From Mageeibacillus sp. UBA4314 (lineage in GTDB: Bacteria > Bacillota > Clostridia > Saccharofermentanales > Saccharofermentanaceae), in contig DGUI01000027.1 in assembly GCA_002394605.1 (NCBI GenBank), positions 2,161-66,160 of the forward strand: a stretch of DNA of 64,000 nt, in the 5' to 3' direction. The notes under the pieces were generated by a model. The model did no database searches. It saw only the letters and a list, made by a program, of their open reading frames with translations, and was not told the origin of the DNA. Position 1 is the first letter of the stretch; every line of letters begins with the position of its first letter. Made by a program: the position numbers and the translations under genes. Positions 35,468 to 44,629 of this stretch are shown one piece after another.

Positions 35468-36778
35468 ATGAATAATAGGTCGAAGACGATAGTGGGAATA
35501 GCAGTCGCTGCCCTGCTGGTCTTTGTTCTCTATATCGTGTATGTCAACGTATTCGTCAACAAGCACAGGTATAAGCTCGAACACCGTGAGACGGGCGGGC
35601 AGGAATACCGCAACATCGCTGCCGAGAGCAGCATAATGCCGTCTTATATGTGGCGCAGGATAAAGGATATGCTGATCGATGGTGATTACATCATGTCTGA
35701 TCACTTGATGGAGGGAAGGCTCGCTACCCAGACGGCCGAGTCCTCCGGCAAATACTATCTGACTGATCAGTCCCTGCTTCTCCTCAAGTACCTCGCCGAA
35801 GGTGACAGGGGAAGTTCCAGATCTCTGGTCAAGGCGGTCAACCGTGATTTTCGTAATGATGACGGATCATACAGGGGAGTCCTCTACAAGGACGGGACGG
35901 AAGATAAGAGCTACTCCAATAGCGATGAGATGTCTTTCCTTGAAGCATATGTTGAATACTACAGTGCCTATGGCAGCAAGGAGGATCTTGAGAATATCAA
36001 TAAGCTGGTGTCACTCCTTTTCGACGGGAACGGCGAGATGAAGCCGGAGAAGCTCAGGAGCGCCGTATACGTGTCATCGGACAATGTAAGCGGAGAGATA
36101 TCGGACGATGCGCCGGTACCGAGCTTTGACCATATCTATGGCGGCGAGGATGTTACCGTATCGGGAAGCAGTGAGCAGAGCGAGATCTTCGAGTTTGAAG
36201 GTGTCAGGATATGTGACATCAATCTCGAACTCATAAAGAACCTGGAGAATAACGGTCTTATCGCAGCCGGCGCTTTCGACAGGATGAGCAGGATAGTTAA
36301 GGAGTCCGTGGCATCTGAGGACATCCCTTACTATGCATATGCATACCGCAGGAATGAAGATGGCAGTATCACCTACAACTATTCGTACGGCAGGGCAGCA
36401 TCGATTTCAGTGGAACTGTCGTTAAGGACAATGGTCAACCTGGCCAGAACGGGACAGCTCGACCAGGGCATCTATAACATGTTCAAGCTCAATATGATTA
36501 ATGACGGCTACCTTACGAGCAATTACTATATCGCTACGGGAAGGACAGGCGGAACCGAACTTGCGGGCTCATACTGCGATGCGCTCCTTCTTGCCAGGCT
36601 CCAGGAAGATGAAGAACTCTACGGGACGGTCTGCAGGATAATGTCTGTCAGGATCGCGACGAGCAAGAAGAGCAAAGCCATATACATGGTGTTCAGGGAA
36701 GAGGATGGCAGATACAGATTCTACGCCGGAGAAAACCTCAGACTCTTCCTCATCACGAAAGGTATGTTTGCCGTTTGA
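35468..36778 (+). CDS. Membrane-anchored six-hairpin/GH8-like (YdaJ-like) hypothetical protein
   Basis: N-terminal TM; 'YYLTDQSLLLLKYL' and 'YSNSDEMSFLEAY' loosely resemble GH8-like segments; in-frame ATG 35468. Confidence 0.4.
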   Translation: MNNRSKTIVGIAVAALLVFVLYIVYVNVFVNKHRYKLEHRETGGQEYRNIAAESSIMPSYMWRRIKDMLIDGDYIMSDHLMEGRLATQTAESSGKYYLTDQSLLLLKYLAEGDRGSSRSLVKAVNRDFRNDDGSYRGVLYKDGTEDKSYSNSDEMSFLEAYVEYYSAYGSKEDLENINKLVSLLFDGNGEMKPEKLRSAVYVSSDNVSGEISDDAPVPSFDHIYGGEDVTVSGSSEQSEIFEFEGVRICDINLELIKNLENNGLIAAGAFDRMSRIVKESVASEDIPYYAYAYRRNEDGSITYNYSYGRAASISVELSLRTMVNLARTGQLDQGIYNMFKLNMINDGYLTSNYYIATGRTGGTELAGSYCDALLLARLQEDEELYGTVCRIMSVRIATSKKSKAIYMVFREEDGRYRFYAGENLRLFLITKGMFAV

Positions 36779-36803
36779 AATACGCGCGTATAAAGAGTAT
36801 ACT
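36775..36803 (+). promoter_or_regulatory. Promoter of pta-ackA
   Basis: TTGAAA-N17-TATACT; spacer contains the palindrome ATACGCGCGTAT. Confidence 0.65.
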
Positions 36804-36862
36804 TTTCTTTAGTGTGTATTTATCTCAAGACACAAAATCTTATATTTTCGAGGCGACGTAAT

Positions 36863-37861
36863 ATGGCATTTATTGACGACATCAAGGCCCGTGCAAAGGC
36901 CGACAAGAAGACGATCATCCTGCCTGAGTCAATGGACAGGAGAACATTTGAAGCAGCTGCCGAGATCCTGGCAGAGGACATCGCGAACATCGTTATCATC
37001 GGAACAGATGAGCAGATCAAGGCGAACAGCGAAGGTCTGGATATCTCCAAGGCTACGATCATCGATCCTTTTACAAATGAGAAGACAGATACTTACATCA
37101 ATGAGTTCTATGAACTCCGTAAGGCTAAGGGAATGACACCCGAACAGGCTAAGGAGTCACTCCTCGGCGATTACATGTACTATGCCTGCATGATGGTCAA
37201 GATGGGCGACGGTGACGGTATCGTATCAGGTGCATGCCACTCAACAGCAAACACATTAAGACCTTCACTCCAGATCATCAAGACAAAGCCCGGTACGAAG
37301 CTCGTATCTGCTTTCTTCGTAATGGTAGTTCCGGATTGCGACATGGGTGAGAACGGTACATTCGTATTCGGTGACTGCGGTCTTAACCAGAACCCCAACC
37401 CCGAAGAACTCGCTGCCATCGCAGGTTCTTCTGCTGAGTCTTTCAAGCTCCTCGTTGGCAAGGATCCCATCGTTGCAATGCTCTCACACTCTTCAATGGG
37501 TTCAGCTAAGCACGACGACGTTACAAAGGTCGTTGAAGCAACGAAGATCGCCAAGGAACAGTATCCCCAGTTCGCTATTGACGGCGAGCTCCAGGCAGAT
37601 GCTGCAATGGTTCCTTCCATCGGCGCTTCCAAGGCTCCTGATTCAAAGGTTGCAGGTAAGGCAAACGTATTGATCTTCCCTGACCTCGATGCAGGCAACA
37701 TCGGTTACAAGCTCGTTCAGAGACTTGCAAAGGCTGAAGCATACGGACCTATGTGCCAGGGTATCGCTAAGCCTGTTAACGATCTGTCCAGAGGATGTTC
37801 TGCAAAGGATATCGTAGGCGTTATCGCTATTACAGCAGTCCAGGCTCAAGCACAGGGCTGA
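36863..37861 (+). CDS. pta: Phosphate acetyltransferase
   Basis: ILPES.D.R, VSGA.HSTA, DCGLNQNP, MLS.SS.GS, IDGELQ.DAA, FPDLDAGNIGYKL. Confidence 0.97.
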   Translation: MAFIDDIKARAKADKKTIILPESMDRRTFEAAAEILAEDIANIVIIGTDEQIKANSEGLDISKATIIDPFTNEKTDTYINEFYELRKAKGMTPEQAKESLLGDYMYYACMMVKMGDGDGIVSGACHSTANTLRPSLQIIKTKPGTKLVSAFFVMVVPDCDMGENGTFVFGDCGLNQNPNPEELAAIAGSSAESFKLLVGKDPIVAMLSHSSMGSAKHDDVTKVVEATKIAKEQYPQFAIDGELQADAAMVPSIGASKAPDSKVAGKANVLIFPDLDAGNIGYKLVQRLAKAEAYGPMCQGIAKPVNDLSRGCSAKDIVGVIAITAVQAQAQG

Positions 37862-37876
37862 TAAGGAGGATTTTGA

Positions 37877-39067
37877 ATGAACATATTAGTAATCAACTGC
37901 GGAAGCTCATCATGTAAGTTCCAGCTCTTTGATGTTGACAAGGGAATCGTTCTTGCCAAGGGAAATGCTGACAGGATCGGTATCGACGGCAAGTTATCTT
38001 ATAAGCCGGCAGGTAAGGATGAGATTGAGAAGGAAGTATCTCTCCCTGATCACAAGGTTGCTGTAAAGCTCGTTCTCGCACAGCTCACAGATCCCGAGAC
38101 AGGTGTTATCTCTGACGTATCCGAGATCGCAGCTGTCGGCCACAGAGTGCTTCACGGCGGTAAGTACTACAGTGAGTCTGTCATCGTTAATGACGATGTT
38201 AAGAAGGTCATCAGGGACTGCTTTGATCTCGGACCTCTCCACAATCCCGCTAACCTCATCGGTATCGAGGCTTGTGAGGCTGCACTTCCTGCAGGCACAC
38301 CCCAGGTAGCAGTCTTTGATACTGCTTTCCACCAGACAATGCCCCCCAAGGCATACATGTACGCTCTTCCTTATGAGTACTATGAGAAGTACTCCATCAG
38401 AAGATACGGCTTCCACGGCACGAGCCACCGCTATGTATCCAAGCGTGCTGCTGAGTTCCTCGGTCTTGATACAAAGGGACTCAAGATGATCACATGCCAC
38501 CTCGGCAACGGTTCTTCATTCGCAGCTGTCAAGGACGGCAAGTGCGTAGACACATCAATGGGTCTCACACCTCTTGCAGGTATCTGCATGGGTACGAGAA
38601 CAGGTGATATCGATCCCGCGATCGTTCCTTTCATCCAGAAGAGAGAGGGCAAGACAGCTGAGGAGATGGATACCCTTATGAACAAGAAGAGCGGCGTTCT
38701 CGGCGTATCAGGCGTAGGCTCTGACTTCCGTGACCTCGCGAAAGCGGCAGGTGAGGGCAATGAGAGAGCTCAGCTCGCACTCGATATGTTCGTATACCAG
38801 GGTCAGAAGATCATCGGCTCATATGCAGCTGCAATGGGCGGCGTTGATGTAATCGTATTCACAGCCGGCATCGGTGAGAACACATGGAACATCCGCGAAC
38901 AGATGATCGCTCCGCTGGAGTTCATGGGTGCCAAGATCGATCCTGCAAAGAATACGGGCATCAGATCAGAGGCAGTCATCAGTGCTGATGATTCCAAGGT
39001 TAAGATCGTAGTTATCCCCACAAATGAGGAACTTGCGATCGCTCAGGAGACACAGGCTCTCATCTGA
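37877..39067 (+). CDS. ackA: Acetate kinase
   Basis: LVINCGSSS.K, GHRVLHGG, PLHNP, VFDTAFHQT, YGFHGTSH, TSMG.TPL.G, FTAGIGEN, PTNEE. Confidence 0.97.
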   Translation: MNILVINCGSSSCKFQLFDVDKGIVLAKGNADRIGIDGKLSYKPAGKDEIEKEVSLPDHKVAVKLVLAQLTDPETGVISDVSEIAAVGHRVLHGGKYYSESVIVNDDVKKVIRDCFDLGPLHNPANLIGIEACEAALPAGTPQVAVFDTAFHQTMPPKAYMYALPYEYYEKYSIRRYGFHGTSHRYVSKRAAEFLGLDTKGLKMITCHLGNGSSFAAVKDGKCVDTSMGLTPLAGICMGTRTGDIDPAIVPFIQKREGKTAEEMDTLMNKKSGVLGVSGVGSDFRDLAKAAGEGNERAQLALDMFVYQGQKIIGSYAAAMGGVDVIVFTAGIGENTWNIREQMIAPLEFMGAKIDPAKNTGIRSEAVISADDSKVKIVVIPTNEELAIAQETQALI

Positions 39068-39094
39068 GTTTGAGCTTGATAATGTGATCAACGG

Positions 39095-39123
39095 AGGGGT
39101 TGTCAACTGTGACAACCCCTTTT
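39095..39123 (+). terminator. Terminator of pta-ackA
   Basis: AGGGGTTGTCA-actg-TGACAACCCCT followed by TTT. Confidence 0.88.
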
Positions 39124-39225
39124 AGATGTGAGTGACGCAGATTGGATCCGGTGAAGAAAGTGGTTAAGCTCCGCAGGGGTGTCCCGGGTGTCATCTGAGT
39201 GGTGGTTTATGGCTGCCTGATGATC

Positions 39226-39328
39226 TATTCTATAAAGTGCTCTATGTAATGGAAAAACATAGAGTGGTTTATAGAATATTCTATGTATCGCTCTATGTAA
39301 TGAAAATACATAGAGTGTTTTATAGAAT
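39226..39328. repeat. Two tandem ~51-bp imperfect palindromes (REP/BIME-like)
   Basis: Unit 1 TATTCTATAAAGTGCTCTATGT-N9-ACATAGAGTGGTTTATAGAATA; unit 2 ATTCTATGTATCGCTCTATGTA-N7-TACATAGAGTGTTTTATAGAAT. Confidence 0.8.
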
Positions 39329-39377
39329 GAGCTGATCCCACGACCGGGATGTTATAATATAAAGATGGAGGTGTCCG

Positions 39378-40700
39378 GTGAAAGCGAACATCAGAAGATC
39401 TTTATTGTCAGTTGTGACTTCAGCGATCCTTCTAATGCAGGTCATCTTGCCTGTAAGCGCGAATACGGACTCTGAAGAGAGGAGCACCTGGGAAGAAGTC
39501 GAAGAATACTGTCTGAGTTTCCTTGGCGGTTTTGCAGAACCCAACTGTGCTGATTATGTCAGCATGATAATGCAGGACTGCGCATATTATCTCGGGACCT
39601 TTGTGCAGCATCCGCGTGCCAAGGAGATGCGCAGGATGCTTGTCGATAATGAGTATAACCTCGTAGCTTCCAACACTACATACCGTAAGTCTGCCGGCAT
39701 GGGCAAAGAAGAATCCGTTGTTCTCGGCAACTGGATCGGAGACCACGCCCTGCCCGGTGACATCCTCGTTTGGGTCAGGAATTCCACGCATGATGTCGAT
39801 AAGACAGGATGCTGTCATGTCAGCATTTACTGCGGTATCAAGGAAGACATGAAGGAGTATAACGGTCAGACAACCTGGCCGTCACATATTTCCGATAAGG
39901 GTGCGGGCGGGATCGTAGTCTGTCAGCCGCTGTGGGAGTATATCAACAAGGGTCCTAATTCAGGCAGGGGATATGGTATCTACATCTATAGAAGACCGGG
40001 CGACCGGATCAAGAATCCCAAACAGGGCAAATGGTATCAGGATGACATCGGGTACACTTTCACGGGGACGGACGGCAAGGCCAGGAGGGCTGAGTTCGCC
40101 GAGATCAAGGGAAGCACCTATTATTTCGATGAGATGGGTTATATGGCGACCGGATTCAGGGAGATCGATGATAAGACCTATTATTTCAGGAAGGACGGTT
40201 CGATGGCTGTCGGGTGGAAGCAGGTCGGAGACAGCTGGTATCTTTTTGATAATGAGGGTGCCGCCAGGCAAGGCTGGGTCAGGATCAAGAAGGATCATTA
40301 CTATATGGGCGATGACTTCAGGATGGTTACGGGCGTAGCCGAAATAGACGGCAGGATCTATGGCTTCGGCAGCGATGGGAAGATGGTAAGGAAGCGCTGG
40401 GTAAGGTCAGGCAAGGAATGGTATTATTTTGACAGTAACGGCGAACCCTCGAGATCGGTCACTAAGCGTGACGGAGTCCTCTTCCTGACGGACAGGGACG
40501 GCGCCCCGCTGTCAGGCTGGTATAAGTACGGTAAGGGACAGCGCTACTTTGAGCAGAATGGCAAACTCGTCTCAGGCTGGAAGAGGATCGACGGCAGCTG
40601 GTACTATTTCAGGGCTGACGGACTGATGATGACAGGACTTCAGAACATCGACAGTAACTATTACTACTTTAACAAGGATGGTGTGATGCAGACAGGCTAG
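39378..40700 (+). CDS. Secreted NlpC/P60-CHAP-like cell-wall hydrolase with CW_binding (choline-binding-type) repeats; ends at a premature-looking TAG
   Basis: Signal peptide; NCADYVS...PGDILVW...HVSIY; about ten 'TGW..I.G..YYF...G.M' repeats; GTG start after GGAGG. Confidence 0.78.
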   Translation: MKANIRRSLLSVVTSAILLMQVILPVSANTDSEERSTWEEVEEYCLSFLGGFAEPNCADYVSMIMQDCAYYLGTFVQHPRAKEMRRMLVDNEYNLVASNTTYRKSAGMGKEESVVLGNWIGDHALPGDILVWVRNSTHDVDKTGCCHVSIYCGIKEDMKEYNGQTTWPSHISDKGAGGIVVCQPLWEYINKGPNSGRGYGIYIYRRPGDRIKNPKQGKWYQDDIGYTFTGTDGKARRAEFAEIKGSTYYFDEMGYMATGFREIDDKTYYFRKDGSMAVGWKQVGDSWYLFDNEGAARQGWVRIKKDHYYMGDDFRMVTGVAEIDGRIYGFGSDGKMVRKRWVRSGKEWYYFDSNGEPSRSVTKRDGVLFLTDRDGAPLSGWYKYGKGQRYFEQNGKLVSGWKRIDGSWYYFRADGLMMTGLQNIDSNYYYFNKDGVMQTG

Positions 40701-40883
40701 ATCAAGACCGGCGGCAAGACTTATTTCTTTACGCCTGAGGGATATGCCCTGACAGGCTGGAAAAGGTTCGGGAACGACTGGCTTTATTTCGATAAGGACG
40801 GCGTAATGCTCACATCTGCAAAGGTCACGATCGGCTCACGGGAATATGTTTTTGACGGCAAAGGAGCCTGCGTTAATATCTGA
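40701..40883 (+). pseudogene. In-frame continuation (60 aa, ~3 more CW_binding repeats) behind TAG 40698-40700
   Basis: IKTGGKTYFFTPEGYALTGWKRFGNDWLYFDKDGVMLTSAKVTIGSREYVFDGKGACVNI* continues the repeat register; the TAG sits where Trp (TGG) is expected. Confidence 0.8.
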
Positions 40884-40946
40884 GACAATAATCGGTCATA
40901 TGTCGTGGTATAATACCCTGTAAATGATATACGGAGATATATACCC

Positions 40947-43355
40947 TTGGAAGATCTTAACAGCGATTTTTTTAATGAGATACAGAACATCTATAATGAC
41001 GTTAACGGTTCACAGGATCCCGGCTCAGATGCCGATATGCTGCTTGAAGGGCTTAACGATGAACAGAGGCAGGCAGTAACGCATCTTGACGGCCCCCTGC
41101 TCATCCTTGCAGGCGCAGGATCCGGTAAGACGAGAGTCATCACATACCGCATAGCCTATATGATGAAGAAGCATAACGTGAGGCCTTCGCAGATCCTGGC
41201 GATAACCTTTACAAACAAGGCTGCCAACGAGATGAGGGAGCGTATAACCGCCATCGTGGGTGACAGTTCAAGGTATATCTGGTGCGGGACGTTTCACAGC
41301 ATCTTTGCGAGGATCCTGAGGAAGCACGCAGAACTGCTGCACTATTCTGATAATTTTACGATCGTCGATACTGACGAGCAGCTCAAGCTCGTGAAGGATG
41401 CGATGAAGGAACTGGATATCGATGAGAAGAAGATCAAGTCACGCTCCATACTTTATGAGATATCGTCTGCGAAGAACAAGATGATAACGCCGGACCGGTA
41501 TCTGGCAAGTGCCTCGGGTGATTATACTGCAGCAGCAACAGGGAAGGTCTATAAGAGATATTCAGAGATGCTCCTGCTCAATAATGCGATGGACTTCGAC
41601 GATATCCTGATCAACATGACAAGGCTCCTCGAAGAGAATCCTGACATCCTTGAGATGTATCAGAATAAGTTCAGGTACATCATGGTGGACGAGTATCAGG
41701 ATACCAACCTGCCGCAGTATAAGGCGGTCATGCTGCTTGCCAGGAGTCACGGCAACATCTGTGTTGTCGGTGATGACGACCAGTCGATCTATTCTTTCCG
41801 CGGTGCGGATGTCAGGATGATACTTAATTTTGAGAAGGATTTCCCGGGATGCAAGGTCATCAAGCTTGTCCAGAATTACAGATCGACGGGGTATATCCTC
41901 GAAGCGGCGAACCAGGTCATCGCGAATAACAGGAAGAGGAAGAAGAAAGAACTCCGCACTTCTAACGGCGATGGTGACAAGATAGTTGTTGTCAATACTG
42001 ACAGCCAGATGGGCGAGGCGGATTTTGTTGCCGGCACCATCAAGAGATTTGTCGAGAAGGGCAAGTACAAGTATTCCGACTGTGCAGTTCTCTACAGGAT
42101 CAATTCACTGTCGCGTTCGATAGAGAGTTCGCTCAGAATGCAGGAGATCCCGTTCAGGGTCTATGGCGGTCTGAGGTTCTATGACCGTAAAGAGATCAAG
42201 GACCTTCTGGCATATCTGAGGATCATCAGCGATCCTGCTGACAACCTGGCTTTTGAGAGGATAATCAACGTGCCTAAGCGCGGCATCGGAGATACCACCG
42301 TCGATAAGATCAGGCTCATCGGCGCGGAGACCGGAAGGAGCATGTTCGACATCGCGTCCAATGCTTATGAATTTGACGACCTGATGCGTGTGTCATCAAG
42401 ACTTAAAGAGTTTACGGATCTTATCAACGAGATGAGGATGAAGCTCAAGGAAGAAGACCTTAATTTCGCGGGGTTTGTTGAATATGTTCAGGATAAGTCG
42501 GGACTTATCGCAGAGATCATAGCACAGCGCGAGAAGAAGGGCGAGATCGTGGACAGGGTCGAGAACCTGAAGGAGCTCCTGACGGAAGCTTCGGAATTTG
42601 ACAATGCACACAGGGAAGGCAACGCGGCTCTGTCACAGGAAGAATATGATCTGCTGGCTGAACAGGGATTTGCCACTGCTTCCTCCACTGAAGGGATACT
42701 GGCGCTGTATGTTGCCAATGCGGCACTTTATACTGATGAAGAGAGAGACGAAGAGAATGACGATTATGTGAGGCTCATGTCCATCCACAGTGCCAAGGGT
42801 CTTGAGTTCGGTCTTGTATTCCTGGTCGGTGCGGAGGAGACGATCTTCCCGAGCTACAGATCGATCCAGACGGAAGATGACCTTGAGGAAGAGAGAAGGC
42901 TGATGTATGTTGCGATAACGAGAGCCAAGAAGAATCTCTTCGTAGTAATGACAAGGCAGAGGATGCTCTTCGGTCAGACGCAGAGCAATATGCCGTCAAG
43001 GTTCATAAAGGAGATCAATGGTGACCTGCTCTACAAGATGGGCACCAGACGGCCTGAACCGCAGGTATCCGCAGCTGCCGCCAATCCGAGAAGGGATGAG
43101 GCGAGGAGAGCGATCAGTTCTGCATTGTCTACGAAGTTTACCGGAGTCAAGGCGAAGAAGCAGACGGTCGGCAAGGAAGGGTGCCTGAAGCCGGATGAGA
43201 TATCTGTCGGGATGAAGGTGATCCATGACAGGTTCGGAACGGGGGAAGTGCTGAAGTGCGAGCCTGTCGGAGGCGATGCGCTGATCACTGTTGATTTCGA
43301 CGGAATGAGGAAGAACATGCTCGCCAGAGCAGCATCTCTCAGAAGAGCGGAGTGA
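40947..43355 (+). CDS. pcrA: ATP-dependent DNA helicase PcrA/UvrD
   Basis: LAGAGSGKT, TFTNKAA.EM, VDEYQDTN, VGDDDQSIYSFRGA, NYRST, H.AKGLEF, EERRLMYVAITRA, C-terminal Tudor-like domain. Confidence 0.96.
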   Translation: MEDLNSDFFNEIQNIYNDVNGSQDPGSDADMLLEGLNDEQRQAVTHLDGPLLILAGAGSGKTRVITYRIAYMMKKHNVRPSQILAITFTNKAANEMRERITAIVGDSSRYIWCGTFHSIFARILRKHAELLHYSDNFTIVDTDEQLKLVKDAMKELDIDEKKIKSRSILYEISSAKNKMITPDRYLASASGDYTAAATGKVYKRYSEMLLLNNAMDFDDILINMTRLLEENPDILEMYQNKFRYIMVDEYQDTNLPQYKAVMLLARSHGNICVVGDDDQSIYSFRGADVRMILNFEKDFPGCKVIKLVQNYRSTGYILEAANQVIANNRKRKKKELRTSNGDGDKIVVVNTDSQMGEADFVAGTIKRFVEKGKYKYSDCAVLYRINSLSRSIESSLRMQEIPFRVYGGLRFYDRKEIKDLLAYLRIISDPADNLAFERIINVPKRGIGDTTVDKIRLIGAETGRSMFDIASNAYEFDDLMRVSSRLKEFTDLINEMRMKLKEEDLNFAGFVEYVQDKSGLIAEIIAQREKKGEIVDRVENLKELLTEASEFDNAHREGNAALSQEEYDLLAEQGFATASSTEGILALYVANAALYTDEERDEENDDYVRLMSIHSAKGLEFGLVFLVGAEETIFPSYRSIQTEDDLEEERRLMYVAITRAKKNLFVVMTRQRMLFGQTQSNMPSRFIKEINGDLLYKMGTRRPEPQVSAAAANPRRDEARRAISSALSTKFTGVKAKKQTVGKEGCLKPDEISVGMKVIHDRFGTGEVLKCEPVGGDALITVDFDGMRKNMLARAASLRRAE

Positions 43356-43385
43356 ATGATATAATATCTGTTGGAGGGCGTTACC

Positions 43386-44606
43386 ATGACCGATATCACC
43401 AACTTATTTGATCTGTACAGTGAAGCTTTCAGAGATATTAACATCAGCACCGGAGTAAGCGATACGAACCGTGAACTCCTTGATCTTCTCAAGAGGGAGA
43501 AGGACAGTTCGCTGTCCTCTTACGCGATGCATCTGTCGAGGAGCCGCGGAAGGGTCAGGGCTGAGAATGACTCCGATATCAGGAATCCCTACGAGAGGGA
43601 CGTCGGAAGGATCATATTCTCACAGTCCTTCAGAAGGCTTAAGCATAAGACACAGGTGTTCTTCAATCCCACGAATGACCATATCTGCTCAAGGCTTGAA
43701 CATGTTCTCTATGTCTACTATATCGCATCTACGATCGGCAAGGCATTGAATCTCAATACGGATCTCATCCAGGCGATCGCGTTAGGTCACGATATTGGAC
43801 ATGCTCCGTTCGGCCACAGCGGTGAGAGATTCCTGAACAAGTGTCTCAAGAGCCGTGAACCTGACAGGTTCTTTGAGCATGAGGCTCACGGCATCAGGGT
43901 GGTGGATGTGCTCGAGAGCAGAGGTGACGGAGCCGGCCTTAATCTGACATTTGAGGTCAGGGACGGGATCCTGTCGCACTGCGGAGAGATCTATGATGAG
44001 AAGGTGATAAGGCCTTACCGCGATAAACCTGATAATGAAGTATCGTATCTTATCCCCAAATCACAGCGGAATGCCCCTGCAACTCTTGAAGGATGCGTTG
44101 TAAGATTTGCCGATAAGATCGCATATGTCGGAAGAGACGTCGAGGACGCCCTGAGGACCGGCCTGATCGAAGACATCAGCGACTTCGCACCTGAGGCAGC
44201 AGCTGTCCTGGGACAGAATAACTCGCAGGTCATAAACACGCTGGTAGAGGACATAATCAACTGCAGTCTGTCCAAGGATGAGATAAGGATGTCAGATATG
44301 GCAGCCGAAGCCCTGCAGAAGTTCCTGACGACCAACGTTAAGCAGATATATCAGGCACCTAAGGTAATGGTGTATGAGAAGACGGTAGAGATTATGATCA
44401 ACGGTCTGTTCGATGCGTTCTATAATGCAACCGGCAATCTGGAGTCGGCATTCCACTCCAAGAAGAGTTCCATAAGGGGATTTGCAAAGTTTGCACTCTC
44501 TCACCCAGAACCTGATTGTCCGGATGCGGTCAAAGTAACAGATTATATCGCCGGCATGACGGACCAGTTTGCAACGGAATGCTTCAATGAACTCTACAAG
44601 AATTGA
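43386..44606 (+). CDS. HD-domain deoxyguanosinetriphosphate triphosphohydrolase-like protein
   Basis: R.PYERD..RII.S.SFRRL.HKTQVF, RLEH, ALGHDIGHAPFGH.GE, TLEGCVVR.ADKIAY, DYIAGMTD.FA. Confidence 0.9.
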   Translation: MTDITNLFDLYSEAFRDINISTGVSDTNRELLDLLKREKDSSLSSYAMHLSRSRGRVRAENDSDIRNPYERDVGRIIFSQSFRRLKHKTQVFFNPTNDHICSRLEHVLYVYYIASTIGKALNLNTDLIQAIALGHDIGHAPFGHSGERFLNKCLKSREPDRFFEHEAHGIRVVDVLESRGDGAGLNLTFEVRDGILSHCGEIYDEKVIRPYRDKPDNEVSYLIPKSQRNAPATLEGCVVRFADKIAYVGRDVEDALRTGLIEDISDFAPEAAAVLGQNNSQVINTLVEDIINCSLSKDEIRMSDMAAEALQKFLTTNVKQIYQAPKVMVYEKTVEIMINGLFDAFYNATGNLESAFHSKKSSIRGFAKFALSHPEPDCPDAVKVTDYIAGMTDQFATECFNELYKN

Positions 44607-44629
44607 GGAAGAAGGATAAGGAGAAAGAT

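Noticed and set aside
39123-39225. G/T-rich stretch after the ackA terminator as an ncRNA or small ORF
   Set aside because: No promoter, RBS-linked ORF or recognisable RNA family motif could be supported by eye
39226-39328. CRISPR array or integron attC sites
   Set aside because: Only two abutting units with no spacer, no cas genes, and no RYYYAAC/GTTRRRY core sites or integrase
40698-40700. Genome-wide TAG recoding or pyrrolysine
   Set aside because: TAG terminates other genes normally (e.g. 3984-3986 directly before the next start codon); only one in-frame case was seen and it is explained by TGG to TAG
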